Under the pieces are notes generated by a model. It did no database searches. It was not told the origin of the DNA and was given only the letters and a program-made list of their open reading frames with translations. Both the position numbers and the translations under genes were made by a program. Positions 13,531-28,093 of a stretch of 64,000 bases of DNA are shown one piece after another. The stretch's first letter is position 1. Each line of letters opens with the position of its first letter. The stretch spans positions 13,268,001-13,332,000 of the forward strand of contig NC_043004.1 in the NCBI RefSeq assembly GCF_006345805.1, given 5' to 3'. This stretch comes from Octopus sinensis (lineage: Eukaryota).

Positions 13531-14466
13531 ATATACATACATATACTTGTTTATTTTTTTTCCGTTTTCATGCGCTTCTTATTGGTTTCATGTGCTTACA
13601 TGTCTGTGTGTTAGTGTGTGTGCGTATGTGTGTGTGTGCGTATGTGTGTGTGTGCATGTGTGTGTTACTCCGTGTCTATCTCATTTGGAGTATTCATTGA
13701 TGCTGGGCAGATCGTGCAAAATACCACTGTCAATATATTAATCCAATTTTCTCGAATAGATGAGAAATATTTTGACCGGAAACAAGTCAATGTATCTCAC
13801 CCTTTACATCATCAAATATGTAATGATATGAAAAACTATAACAATAAATAAATAAAGAAATAAAAAAACCATTAAATTTCGTAGAAGTAAACAATCTTTT
13901 CAGACGAAAACTAACATGTAATTCATGAGTGAATTGGTAACCCTGTAGATTGTGTCTTGAACTTTGCCATCTGGCAGCTAAATCGTCTGCTGTTAAAATG
14001 TGTATTATTTTTAAAATAGAAAGTGGCAAGCTGTATGTCTTAAATCTTAGGGTCAAGAGACACGACAGCAATGAAATGATAGCCACTCTTAAGAAAATAA
14101 AAACAGAATTGAGCTGTTCTTAACTCAAGAATTCAGCAATTACTACCATGCATTGATGAAGAAAAGACCATCATAGTTACGCTACAGCAACAACGGGGAT
14201 GAAATAAGGAGGCTGTACAACACTAGCGACATCATGTGGATAAATGTATCTAGCCATAGCGAATACATATTTTTACCGCTGGTTTGAGGCTTAAGATCTG
14301 GTGTCACATTCTTGTATACATATATGTATACACTATCTTCACTAAAATATGGTGGTTTAAACATATATAGTGAGAGGAGCACCATCTACATTCAATAAAT
14401 ACGTATGTACTGTGGCATGTACTGAGCATTAATTATTTTTTAGGAAAATGTTCTATGTATGTTTGT

Positions 14467-14527
<61 letters not shown>

Positions 14528-14869
14528 AATATATAGTTTACTGTTGGCATGTCGGTAGAATGAACAAACAACGTTTTCAATCCAGAGACAGATAAATATC
14601 AGTTAATGAATACAAGAATTATACGTGAGCCAGTTAAAATTTCATGTTCGATTATGAAAATTTTCGACAGATATAGTAGAGCATACTGTGAATGATCCGG
14701 TAATTGTTCATTTTCAAAAAACATGGCTACTATGTGAGGGAATGCAAAAAATTACATGAAAGAAATAATTAGCAAAGATTTTAAGAGAGATGGATAAAGG
14801 CTACGTCTTTTTAACCAGTTAAATGAAGAATATTTTTGCGGTTGAATGTTTATATTAAAAGAAAAAGGA

Positions 14870-15480
14870 AAGAAAACCTATGCCTCATCAGGAACAGTCG
14901 AATGGGGAAACGGTTGAAGTGCGTTAGACGGTGTCTTTAATCCGGTGAGGAGGACGTCTTCCAGTGCCATAACAAAAACTCCTCGATATGAAGACATATC
15001 GTAAAAGTCTCTAATATTTGAAGGATACGTATTGTAAAAATCTCTCATAACTTTGAAGGACTGTGCATTCCTGCGTTCTAATTAGGATGTGTTCTTTCGT
15101 CAATAAGTACCTGTAATTTTTGACCCGTTGAGGTGTGGTCAACTATTTCCTACGATATTCCACTCATTAGTGCGTTGTGAATTGCAGTCTGTCAAGCTAG
15201 GTATATGCCTTGCTAAATTTTGTTTTTCTTTTTGTCTAAGTGCTTGTTAGATGGCTGTTGGTTGGCGTATATCTTTTTGACACCACATTCGCATAGTCTA
15301 CTCACTTTTGTTGCTTTCGTTCATTTCCTTAGCGAAATGGAGATGACTTCGGCTTCGTAGTCGACTGCGTTAGCTATGCATGCCTGGCCTAGTGGACAAG
15401 TATCTCAGTTCCTGTAATAGTAGTGCGGAGTGGGCAAAATATCTTACGTGGAATGATATTTTCCATGCTAGGGACATAGC
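14870..15480 (-). mobile_element. Highly degenerate Penelope-like element 3' fragment (GIY-YIG C-terminus)
   Basis: Minus-strand LARHIPSLTDCNSQRTNEWNIVGNS*PHLNGSK resembles the PLE motif LSKHIWxLK..IxWxI..PY..GSKxC; the tail contains CCTGATGAGG. Confidence 0.45.
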
Positions 15481-15543
15481 AGTGGGAAACTTTTATGGAA
15501 CACCTGATACGTAGTCATACAGCATACATGCATCAATAACTAT

Positions 15544-15717
15544 GTTGCCTGAGATACACCAGCACATTATACATGCCAGAAGTAACACGTTAGGTGTCGA
15601 AGTGACCGCAGAGGGCAACATGAGATGAAGTGTTTCGCTCAAGAACACAACTCACCACCCAGTCAAGGAATAGAAACCACTCGCGATCGGGAGTGCAACA
15701 TCCTAACCACTAGGCCA
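15544..15717 (-). mobile_element. tRNA-derived SINE, family 3
   Basis: Reverse strand TGGCCTAGTGGTTAGGATGTTGCACTCCCGATCGCGAGTGGTTTCTATTCC (A/B boxes); homologue at 55331-55485. Confidence 0.75.
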
Positions 15718-16212
15718 AACACTAATACACTTTGTAGTAGTATACTGATAAAGTGTAGTAAATTCCGAATTACTTCATCTCGTATCGTACGAGACGAAAT
15801 TTAACATTTAAAGATGCCAGTTTCTTAGATTTTATCGATATCAAATCTGTAATGGTTTTGTATGATCAGACGAGGAAAACTCCAAGGTTATCAGTCAGTA
15901 ATCTACAAATGCAACCAAATATCCATTAATTCACAGCATGAAAAACTCATTCGAGAAGTCCATGCTGGGTTTACTATTTCCATTAAAAAAAACAAAATGG
16001 TTGTCAGAAACAAGACGGCCTTTCTTTAATCGTGGATTTGTATTTATCATTTTTGTTTCAATTACGTTTGTTTCATTTATGAGTTTGTTTCTTGAAAGAT
16101 AATCTGGTGTTAAACAACAATGGCATCTGGAGTATGTTATAACTGATCTTTGGGAATGAAGATGAAAAGTTTATTTTAACTCCGCAGAATGTAAGATGAA
16201 AGTTTAAAATAA

Positions 16213-16700
16213 AATAATGAAATTATTGTATACAGTGCTCAGGTGCACCACAACTTGTCAGAAAGTGCGTATAAAGTATATGCAGTATTGTACAAATGTC
16301 TGGAAAGCGAACAATGTATGAGTCAGATACATGCTTGTGTGTGTGTATGGAGGGGAGAAAATCAGGTGTAGTGTTGGCGAATCTCAGAAAGCATGGAAGT
16401 TTTTAAGGATGCAGTGCTCCGACAACTAACAACTGATGCCGGCAGTTTGTACCATGCATCAGCAACTCTCAGCGTGAAAAAATGTTTCCTAAAGTGATGG
16501 GAGCTGTGCTGTTTTCTGACTTTGTAAATATGTCCACGGGTGTTAGACGGGTGGAGTTCGAAAAGGTGCTCAGAGTTATTGTTTGTGAGATGGTTGATAA
16601 TTTTATGGGTGTTTGTCAAGTCAGCTGCCAGACGTCGGAGTTTCAATGTGTCCATGCCCAGGGAAGTAAGACGTTCAGAAGTTATGAAATAATAGTTTAT
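16213..16700 (-). mobile_element. CR1-clade LINE, 5'-truncated 3' end (ORF2 C-terminus plus 3'-UTR)
   Basis: TLKLRRLAADLTNTHKII..NTRGHIYKV..RKHFFTLRVADAWYKLPASVV..TASLK matches the CR1 C-terminal pattern RR..DL..YKI..TRGH..FF..RV..WN.LP..VV. Confidence 0.9.
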
Positions 16701-16722
16701 AGTATGATAAAAAACAACATTT

Positions 16723-16924
16723 AGACGGTGAGGTAGCACAATCGTTAGCATGCCGGACAAAACGCTTAGCAGCATTTCGTCCGTCTTTACGTTCTGAGCA
16801 CAAATGTGTGCGTGGTCTATTTTGCCGTACATCCTTTCGAAGTCGACAAAGTAAGTACCAAACCACGTAATCGTCTTACTCCTCCTGCCGAACTTGGCTA
16901 GCCTTGTGCCATAATTTAAAACCA
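16723..16924 (+). mobile_element. SINE family 2, degenerate
   Basis: AATCGTTAGCATGCCGGACAAAACGCTTAGCAGCATTTCGTCCGTCTTTACGTTCTGAG homologous to the 9756 copy. Confidence 0.8.
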
Positions 16925-17029
16925 AGAGGACGAAAAGGATTTACATATGTCCACAAAGATATTAGAGGATCTGTGTTTCAAAGAGCAGATGTTCTCCACT
17001 CCAAAAATTGATTTACATCTTTTACGTCA

Positions 17030-17228
17030 TTTACTTGTTTCAGTCTATTGACTGCGGCCATGTTGAAGCACCGCCTTTAGTCGAGCAAATCGACCCCAGG
17101 ACTTATTCTTTGTAAGCGTAGTACTTATTCTATCGGGCTCTTTTGCTGAACCGCTAAGTTACGGGGACATAAACACACCAGCATCGGCTGGCAAGCGATG
17201 TTGGAGGAGGTGGGCAAATACAAACACA

Positions 17229-17280
<52 letters not shown>

Positions 17281-17458
17281 TATACATATATATACGACGG
17301 ACTTCTTTCAGTTTCCGTCTACGAAATCCACTAACAAGGCTTTGGTCGGCCCGAGGCTATAGTAGAAGACACTTGCCCAAGGTGCCACGCAGTGGGACTG
17401 AACCCAGAACCATGTGGCTGGTAAGCAAGCTACTTACCACACAGCCACTCCTGCATCT
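17030..17458 (-). mobile_element. SINE family 1, near-consensus full-length copy
   Basis: All modules present, with a central (CA)n. Confidence 0.9.
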
Positions 17459-18057
17459 ATTCAAACGTTATTTGCTCCGAAATGAGAGAAGGCAAAATTA
17501 ACGTGACCGACATTCAACTAAGATGTTAAAGGGGCTTAACTAAATACCACTACATATTTTGTCACATTCTCTACAAATTTTCCTTAAATAAATTAAAGCA
17601 TCAGGTTCGATAATGTACAGTTTCTAGTATATATTTCAGAAGCTGTTTAGTCCAGACCAACCCGTCATTTTACCATGTTTACAATTACAAAGTATAAAAA
17701 CTGTTTTTCTCCATATAAGATCTTAACACGAATTTTTGAGAATGCAGATGGTACACAGGGACAAGTGGAATAGGCTACAGTTCTAACTTTCTTTTTAGTT
17801 TCTAGAGTTTAACCATAAAAGGAAACAAAATATTCACACCCTAAAATTAATAATATTATATATAAAAAAATACGAGCCTAACTCACTATCAGAAAATCAA
17901 TTATACTGATATTATATTGCATTCGTGATGTTCGGAAATTAAATTTATGAGGTTTGCAAAATTGCTTCTTGCATTTGTTCTTTACGTTTGTTAAAAATAC
18001 AAAGATTGGCTCACCTGTCTATCTATCTATTACAATATGCCTCTCTCTCTCTCTCCC

Positions 18058-18099
<42 letters not shown>

Positions 18100-18253
18100 C
18101 ATAAATACATACATACATACATATATATATTTGTATATATGTATATGTATATATTTAATTTGGTCTGCGTAGCAGTCAGTTAATGTCTATTTCTCATCAT
18201 ACATACGCATATCTATATATACCCACATCTATATATCTGTGCATGTGCATATG

Positions 18254-18292
<39 letters not shown>

Positions 18293-18517
18293 TAGAGAGA
18301 GAGAAAGAGGGAGAAGAGTGAGAGAGGAAGGGAGAGGCTGTCGGATGAGAGGGGGAAAGAAAGAGTTGAACATATAAGCATGTATTTATATATTCATATA
18401 CACCTTAAAAAAAGATTGATATGTTTTCACACACACAAACATACATACATACATATATATATACACATATATGTGTGCATATATATGTATATGTGTGTTT
18501 GTATGTATGTATGTATG

Positions 18518-18569
<52 letters not shown>

Positions 18570-18803
18570 CCTTCCATGTACGGTCGCGAGCACACCCACA
18601 TATCTGTCATATAAATAACTCAAATGCAAATTATGTTTTATAAGTAATGTGTATTTATATATCTTCTATGTATGTTCAATGTCTCTTTATAAATGAATGT
18701 ATATGTATGAGTGCTACGGCGACCAAATTTGTATGTTTATGTTTCAGATCTCTCCTGTCTCTCTATCTCTTTCTCTCTCCATCTCTCTGTCTCTCTTCAT
18801 ATA

Positions 18804-19207
18804 TTCTTTTATTCTTTTATTCTCACATTTGTTTCAGTCACCTGACTGGGGCCATGCTGGAGCAGCTACTTTAGCCGAACAAATCGACCCCAGGACTTAG
18901 TCTTTGTAAGCCTAGTACTATTCTATCCGTCTCTTTTGCCGGGCAGCTAAGTTACAGAGACGTAAACACACTAACATCGGTCAGTGTGTTTACTGTTAGG
19001 TGACAAACACAGACATACAAACGCGTAAACACACGCGCGTACACACACCACACACACACACACACATATATATATATACGACGGGTTGCTTTCAGTTTCC
19101 GTCTCACAAGGCTTTGGTCGACCCGAGGCTATAATAGAAGACCCTTGGCTAAAGTGCCACGCGGTGGGACTGAACCCAGAACCATGTAGTCGGTAAGCAA
19201 GCTACTT
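18804..19207 (-). mobile_element. SINE family 1 body, interrupted in its tRNA head (remainder at 21290-21325)
   Basis: The head stops at GTAAGCAAGCTACTT and resumes after the same 15-mer at 21290 with ACCCCACAGCTACCCCTACGC. Confidence 0.88.
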
Positions 19208-21289
19208 TATTTCATAAAATTTGTCATATGCACAGTACAAAGATTGGGTAGCATTGCGGGCTGGTCAAACACAATGAATGAAAATGAAATAAAATGAATA
19301 AATGAATAAATGAATAAAGAGACGAAACCCGCCGATTGGATTTTTCTCGAAGCTATTTTCTTTTTTAAAAAATCAAATGAGGCTTCAAACCTCTTACAAG
19401 AAGGAGGCACTAAAAGCTCTTACTTACAATGTTTTTTTAAAACACACAATTGAGGTTATAAACCACTACAAATAATACAATAAGATGTGGTTTCAAACCC
19501 CCTAACGATGCTTTTTGACCTCCTTCTCATTGATATATCCATCAATATATCCATCATTATCTTCAATGCCGCTTGAGTTCCTGTATCCCGCCATTTCCCA
19601 TGCCTCACTCATGTAGGACATATAAGTCGTATAAGGGCCACCCTGCCATATGCCACACTCATCCCCAAATCCTTTAAGCCTTTCCCACAAGGGAAACCTT
19701 ATGGCCTCCACAAATATCTGCGGAGGTCATTCGGGATCCCGTGTGAAGGGCATATGTACTGTCTCTTTATGTTCTTCTACTATTTTTCCACCTCCCCGCC
19801 CTTGTAGAAAAAGATAATTAATTCATCTTCTTTAAGGGTGGGGGTCGTTTTTTCCACACTGGGTGGCACAACTTCGGGACATGTGGACGGCACATAACCC
19901 CCCCCCCCCCTGCGATGATCCGTTCTTCTTTTCTGACTTCGGGAGAGTGGAGCTCTTCCGCTTTGTCCGGAGTCTCTCCCCCACCTCCCGAAGCATTAGG
20001 GTCCTTCAGCGTGCAACAATTGTTGCCCACCTTCTTACTTTTTAATCCTTTTTAGGTTGGGGAGGTGGAATCCAGTGACTGTTCCAGGACATTACCATGG
20101 TCCTGGGGGCAGCTCTTTTTAATGTGGCCTGGCTGCAGGCACGTGTGACACTTGACGCGGACGTCCCTCAAGTATCACTGGACACCTGCAGCCATCCATT
20201 TTTTAAAAAAAATCTGGAAAAACCAGATCTGTTGCGGCTGATGGGGTCCACAGGGTCAAAATCGCTTTTGACCCTTCCCAATCGACCGCCGGCAATACCC
20301 TTACATTTAAGAGCCTGGGCCCACTATCCCCCAGTCCCCGTCGGACGGTATCTTCAATGCAACCCGCCTCGGTGCCTGGGAGTAACTCACATACCCAGGC
20401 TCTTATTAATTTCCTCCCACAGTACGACGGGAGGAACAGAATTTCGTTGCCCTCTAAAGGCTGACTCGCAAAATTGCGAGCCTTTTCCCGGTTGTCAAAC
20501 AGCAACCATACGGTTACATGTTTGAAACCACGGGATATGTATTTCACAGAGGACAAATATTCTTTCAGTTCATTTTCTATGACTGGTTTTAGGAAGACGG
20601 TAACGGAATCAAGAACTTTAGAATAAGTTCTAACCACCACCGTCCTCTTCTCCATATCTTTTAAACACTGCTTGGGTGGGACAATCTTCCACTCCAAAGC
20701 AGCGGTACCATTCTTTATCGCCATGAAGAAGAAAGTTCAAATGTCCACAAAAATAGATATACACTAGAGAAAAAATGTCCGAACGAAAAATAAACAGTAA
20801 AAATAAGACAAAAGGAAACAAAAAGGACAGTTCAAAAATTAGAAGGTAAAACACGGAATAAATAAAAAAATATGCTTCCAAATGGCAACTACACAATTCC
20901 GTCCACAGTTACTCCTGGCCGGCCCTCTTCTTTGGTTGATACTCCGCGCTGGAATCTTAAATTCACAGAAGACGAATCTTCGCCACAATGGGCCACAAAA
21001 ATTTTCAACGACTGGAACAAACTTCAATTTTTGGGCGGAGATACGCCCCCAAAATTTTTTTTCAACAAGCAAAAATCACAATAGCCGCCGAGAGCATGCG
21101 AAGTTGTCCCAGAGCTGGGCGAAATTTGCTGAAAAAATTCCAAAACAATAAATCACGCCCAGCTCAAATCAAACAAAATCACCTACCTCGACGGACTTCT
21201 TCTTAATTTTCAGTTTTAGGACGGAGCGCACTAGCTCATGTCCTCCTAGTTCAAGTGTTGAAGGAAAACACCAATGCGCCTTTGCGGAA
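19208..21289 (-). mobile_element. ORF1-only L1/Tx1-like non-autonomous retroelement (HAL1-like), ~2.08 kb, with 15-bp TSD
   Basis: TSD GTAAGCAAGCTACTT at 19193-19207 and 21290-21304. The minus-strand 3' end reads ...TTTTATGAAATAA. One disrupted ORF and no ORF2 motifs. Confidence 0.78.
19502..20724 (-). pseudogene. Disrupted gag-like ORF1 (RRM-like region plus CCHC zinc knuckle)
   Basis: 173-aa ORF 20203..20724, an in-frame stop, then VILEGRP. A +1 shift gives VKCHTCLQPGHIKKSCP (CX2CX4HX4C, 20109-20150). Further pieces at 19818..20030 and 19502..19711. Confidence 0.8.
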
Positions 21290-21340
21290 GTAAGCAAGCT
21301 ACTTACCCCACAGCTACCCCTACGCACACACAGACACACA

Positions 21341-21379
<39 letters not shown>

Positions 21380-21565
21380 ACACACATATATATATATATG
21401 TATTTATGCTCAATATGAATCTTAAACAGAGCAAAGGCAACAGAAATATAAATTTACGTGGATAGGTATGAAGGCATATTTATACTCGACAACTTGTATA
21501 TGAATAAATTATGCTAAACATAAAGTGTACTGGTCCTTCCCGCTCTCTTTCTTTCTATCTTTCTC

Positions 21566-21604
<39 letters not shown>

Positions 21605-21639
21605 ATATATATATATATATAGTAAGTATGTATCTAAAT

Positions 21640-22320
21640 TTTGTACGACCTTACTCTATCTTTTATTCTCCCTCTCACTTTTCTTCCTTTTTCTCGCTCA
21701 CCCTCTTTCAAATTTCTTTGCCCTCTCTTTCTTTAACTCCCACTATTTTCCACCCGGTTATCTCCCATGCACCTTTCTCTTTGTCTGATTCTTTTTCTAA
21801 TCCTTCAATCCCGCTGCCCACTACCCACCTCTCCTGCTTTCACGTGACCGGTGTCCGACCAGCCGTGATTTTTCTTTCTTGGCTTGACAGCCGACCGCCA
21901 ACACCTCTTATGTCCATCTCCTATGTTCCTGCCTTCAGGTTTTCACTTCATACACGCCAGCTCAATTTGATTCGTTTTCAGTTGAGAGATACCTGTTGTT
22001 ATTTCTTGTTGTTTGTATTCGTAATTGTGTGCAATATTCTCCGTTTTTTTTTTGTTTTTGTTACCGTACACGTCCGCTAGCTTTCTTACAAAGGGGTCTA
22101 ATGTTCTTAGCTTAGAATTTTTGGGGGGCAACCAGATCGAACCATCTCAACTGTAACTGCCCGAAATAGTCGTGAGTTCCGGAACTTGACTGAGGAAGGA
22201 AACCCACGAATGAACCGTATTTTTTGCCTGTCCTTTTAATTGTTGGTTGTCTTGTTCGCCTTTGTATCGTCTATCTGTCCGAATGTTTTAATGTCGTCTA
22301 TTGCGTTTTTTGTTCTATTT
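21640..22320 (+). mobile_element. Pyrimidine-rich repeat, possibly a Penelope-like 3' tail
   Basis: Non-coding and strand-skewed like other PLE tails here; carries a scrambled HHR-like core near 22163-22196. Family assignment is weak. Confidence 0.25.
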
Positions 22321-22323
22321 ATA

Positions 22324-22717
22324 AGGCGTATGAGTGGCTGTGTAGTAAGCAGCTTCCTTACCAACCTCATGGTTCCGGGGAGTCACATTGCGTGGCGCCT
22401 TCAGTAAATGTTTCTACAAGGCCTTATGAGTGGATTTTGTAGACGGAAACGGAAAGAAGCCAGCTGTATATATGTACATGTATATATATATATGTGTGTG
22501 TGTTTATGTTTGTGTGTCTGTATTTGTCCCTCCAGCATCACTTGACAACCGATGCTTGTGTTTTTACGTCCTATTAACCTAGCTGTTCGGCAAAAGAAAT
22601 CGATAGAATAAGCACTAGGCTTACAAAGAATAAGTCCTGGGGTCGATTTACTCGATTAAAGGCGATCCCAGCATGGCCCCAATGAAATGACTGAAACAAA
22701 TAAAAGAATAAAAGAAT
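22324..22717 (+). mobile_element. SINE family 1
   Basis: AGGCGTATGAGTGGCTGTGTAGTAAG head; tail ACTGAAACAAATAAAAGAATAAAAGAAT. Confidence 0.85.
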
Positions 22718-22734
22718 ATATATATATATATCAT

Positions 22735-23111
22735 AGGCGTGCGTGTGTGGCGAAGCTTGTAGCCCAACCACTTGGTGCCGGGTTCAATCCCACTGCGTTA
22801 TACTAGCGCAAAGCTTTGTGAGTGGACTTATTTTTACGAAAACTGAAAGAAGGTCGTCGTATATATTCATGTGTGTGAGCATGTGTGCGTCTCTGTGTGT
22901 GTTTGTGTGTAGTGTGTTGTGTGCGTGAGTGTGTCTTTCAGTGTGAGTGTGTGTCTTTCAGTGTGTGTCTCCAAATAGCGCTTCACAACAAATGTTTGTG
23001 TATTTATATTTCAGTAACTTAGCGGTTCGGCAAAAGGCACAGATAGAATAAGTACCAAGGTCGGCAGTGTCCCAGCATTGCCGCAGTCTAATAACTGAAA
23101 AGAGCAAAAAG
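22735..23111 (+). mobile_element. SINE family 1, more degenerate, directly tandem to the previous copy
   Basis: GGTGCCGGGTTCAATCCCACTGCG B-box; GATAGAATAAGTACC tail module. Confidence 0.75.
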
Positions 23112-23121
23112 ATATATATGT

Positions 23122-23189
<68 letters not shown>

Positions 23190-23495
23190 TATACATATAC
23201 ATTTATGGATATGTGTGCGTGTGTATATACAGCATGAGAGTATGTATGAAGATATGTAGCATGCATGTTTGTGAGAGAGGGAGAGAGAGAGAGAGAGAGA
23301 TAGAAAGAGAGAGAGAGAGCATGCTAGTATGTATGTGTGCATTAATTTATATGTAATATTTACATAACATGAAAAAATATATATGCATAAACATGCATAT
23401 ACACGTATATGTGCATATATACAGATATTTATGCGTGTATTTTTGTTTATATCGATTCATAAGTATATATGTATAAATATACAACTTTATATATG

Positions 23496-23540
<45 letters not shown>

Positions 23541-23649
23541 TTATTTATACATATATGCAATAATTATTTATGCACACGGACATATATATATATGCATCCC
23601 TTACTCTTAATATACAAATGTATAATCATGCGCGCACACACACTCATAA

Positions 23650-23680
<31 letters not shown>

Positions 23681-23994
23681 TGCATTTTATTATAGGAACG
23701 AGGAACGCCTGTAATTCAAGCTAAATTTCGTATATCATATATCTAAATACTTGCTGTCTTATAATTTCATAAATTTTGGAATACTTCAAATTACCAGATT
23801 CCTTCTGTTTATTGTCATTTTAAATTTCAATGCCATTATTTCCATTTCTGGCAGGTTCTTTTCATAGAATTAAATGCCATTGTATTAAGATAATAGGTAA
23901 TTTTTTTTTTGCCCAATCTACAAAAATCTTTGTATTTATTATTGGTTCTATATATTTATAAACAATTTCTTTTTTCATTTTATTGTATGTAAAA

Positions 23995-24125
<131 letters not shown>

Positions 24126-25224
24126 TCGCTATTAATCACAGGCACATCGTAAATATACCGATATTTGTGGAATAAGCAATCTAAAACAAAAATTTCCAAA
24201 CTTTCGACTGATGTTATGAAAACTTACCTCTGCAATGAGATTTTTTATGGCATTTATGAAAAAAAAAACCTTTCTCAGAACAACAAAGCGTGACAGAGAG
24301 ATATCTGAGAACATAACGTAGCGATACGTTAATGACCGGCGCTCTTCAATATGACCAGCTGTCGGCCGTCAAAGCCACAAAATATGAGGAATCTGCTACG
24401 TGAAGGACTCAGAACATATTCGCTGAAGGGCTTGGAGACGGTAACTCTCTATCTCACTCTTTCTCCCTCAGTTTCTGTCTCTTTGTCTCTGTTAGTCTAT
24501 CTGTCTCTCTGTCTCTCTATGCCTCTCTCTCTCTAGTTTATTGCTCTCATCTTCACATAACTACTGGTCTTTTCCAACCAAACTTGTCTGCATGAAAAGA
24601 ATTTTCTCTCACTCTCTTATTAGGCCGTTTCGTCCTACAATAGACATATGTTAAATGGAAAAACCACAATTTATGTCTTTCATTCATCCAGCTTTCCAGT
24701 CTTTTCATTCTTAATGTGACAACGTCTCCGTTTTTATTGTTACACGTCTTTCTAGGTAAGCGAGAGTATATGGCTTTGTTACTAGTTCAATCTTGTTTTC
24801 ATAACATATATCTTATTTTAAGGACTCATGACATCAGCAGACAGAGTAGAAAAGGAGTGGCCCCGGACGATAGCGCGGGAGGAGTGCAGAAACAGCCACT
24901 CTAATTCATTGGGCTCACACGTACGGAAAGAGTCTCTGTCCCGATAGTGATGAGCAGAGATAAGAATACCGAAGTTTTCAACTTTACTCATACTGGTGAT
25001 TCTAGGTAGAAAAAATTCGCTGTCGATAGAATACAAAATCCTTTAACTGGCGACAATTTACCAAAACATACGCAGCCCGATGCTCTCACATTTGAAAAGT
25101 TACAAGTCTATAGTGGAGATGAAGACCTGCGATCCAAAAATTGCTCTTCGTCCATAAGGAACTCAATACTAAATATATAGTACCCTATCATGTAAAACGA
25201 CCCTAAAACACACACACACACTCA

Positions 25225-25258
<34 letters not shown>

Positions 25259-25870
25259 CACACACACTCACACACACACATACCCCCCACACACACACTC
25301 ACACACACACACACACACACACATGTCGCATCAACAGGTACTGGAAAGTTTTCTGTGATTGTATTTCACGCGTATGTTACATTTATCCACTCTCAATAGG
25401 ATCGGCATAAATATTTCACGCGTTCTAAACATTCTCCATTCCAGTACTAGTTCGTAACACAGAACTTTTTGTATATTATCAGTTTGAAATTTCTTTTCCA
25501 TCCTTTTCCTTACACGCCGTTTTGTTCCACGTTTTAAATTACATCTTTGTTGTACGCGCCTATAAACCGAATAACTTCATTTGCTACAGCGTTTACCGTC
25601 CCTAAAAAGAATTATTTCCCGTTCCCGACATTTCTAAATACATACGATGCCAATAATATACAATTCTTGCTGGTAGGAATACATTTTCTAAAATGGATAA
25701 AGACATCAGAAAGATTGATTTGGTTTAATGGTAAAACGTCTGTCATGTGTACAGGAATTGTAGCTTTAAGCCCCTCAGCAGCCCTCGGCTCTTTCTTGCC
25801 CAAGGGCTTTTTAGGCGAATATTTACATGCTTTTATTTATATCTTTGTCTGCTTCGAGATTAATATATAC

Positions 25871-26288
25871 TTTCTTTTATTCTTTTTCTTGTTTCAGTCT
25901 TTTGCATACGGTCATGCTGGAGCAATTCCTTGAAGAGGTTTTATTCGAACAAATCGATCCCAGGACACATTTCTTGAGTCTAGCGCTTATTCTATCAGTT
26001 ACTTTACCCGAACCGCTAGGTTTCGAGACGTAAACTCACCAACACCCGGTTGTCAAGCGGTGATGGGGGGGAGGGGGAACACACACATACACGTACAAAC
26101 ACACACGTTCACACACACACACACCTATATACGACGTGGTTTTTCAGTTTCTGTGTATCAAGTTCATTCACTAGGCTTTGGTCGGCTCGAGGCTATAGTA
26201 GAAGACGCTTGACCAAGATGCCACGCAGTCGGACTGTACCCGGAACAACGTTGTTGGTAAGCTAGATTCTTACCACACACCTACTACT
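25871..26288 (-). mobile_element. SINE family 1, degenerate
   Basis: GGTCATGCTGGAGCA..GAACCGCTAGG..GGCTTTGGTCGGCTCGAGGCTATAGTAGAAGAC modules. Confidence 0.85.
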
Positions 26289-26310
26289 ACGTCTATATAT
26301 CTATATAGAT

Positions 26311-26498
26311 ATCCTTTCTACTATAGGCACAAGGCCAGAAATTTGGAGGCGGGAGTTACTCGATTGCATATTTTATCGACCCCGATTTGTTGAAAGCAAA
26401 GTCCAACTCGGTGGTATTTGAGATCAGAACGTAATGACGGACAGACAAGCCGCTTAGAATTTTGCCTGGCGTGCTAACGATTCTGCCATCACGCCTTA
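26311..26498 (-). mobile_element. SINE family 2
   Basis: Reverse complement of the 9756 copy (GTGCTAACGATTCTGCC..CGCCTTA). Confidence 0.8.
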
Positions 26499-26675
26499 TA
26501 TACACACACATATATATATATATATGTCGGCATGCACAAATAGATACATATATACATATATATATATATACATGCATACATGCAATGCATATACATGTAT
26601 GTGTGCCCCAACATGGCTGCAGTCTAATGACTGAAACAAGGAAGATATTATTTTGAAATAAATAATATATATATA

Positions 26676-26759
26676 TACTTTATTACTAAAGCATATTACA
26701 CTTCCTCAGGTATTCGAGTACTAATTCTTCCACCCTGTTTCACATTATGTGCTTACTCT

Positions 26760-26763
<4 letters not shown>
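26676..26763 (+). repeat. Tail fragment of the family carrying the 2041/3230 palindrome
   Basis: GTATTCGA..TGTTTCACAT(T/GT)ATGTGCTTACTCTGGTA shared with 2161-2216. Confidence 0.6.
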
Positions 26764-26810
<47 letters not shown>

Positions 26811-26842
26811 TATATATATGTATATATATATTATATTATATA

Positions 26843-27846
<1,004 letters not shown>

Positions 27847-28045
27847 ATGTGTTTGTGTATTAAAGTTACCTTCGTTTTCAAGTTAAGAAAAATGTCTTAA
27901 CATTTTTTTGAAGCCAATCACATATTAAGATATTGTTAAGGTATTTTCTTTACATGAAACTAATGGTAAACTTCCTACACAAATATAAGGCTGAATCCAC
28001 CAATTTGGTGTTGAGCACTCATTCCTATTGTTCGACATTTACTTG

Positions 28046-28093
<48 letters not shown>

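Noticed and set aside
24818-25036. GC-richer 72-aa minus-strand ORF
   Set aside because: TTG start, stop immediately upstream, no recognisable domain or splice support.
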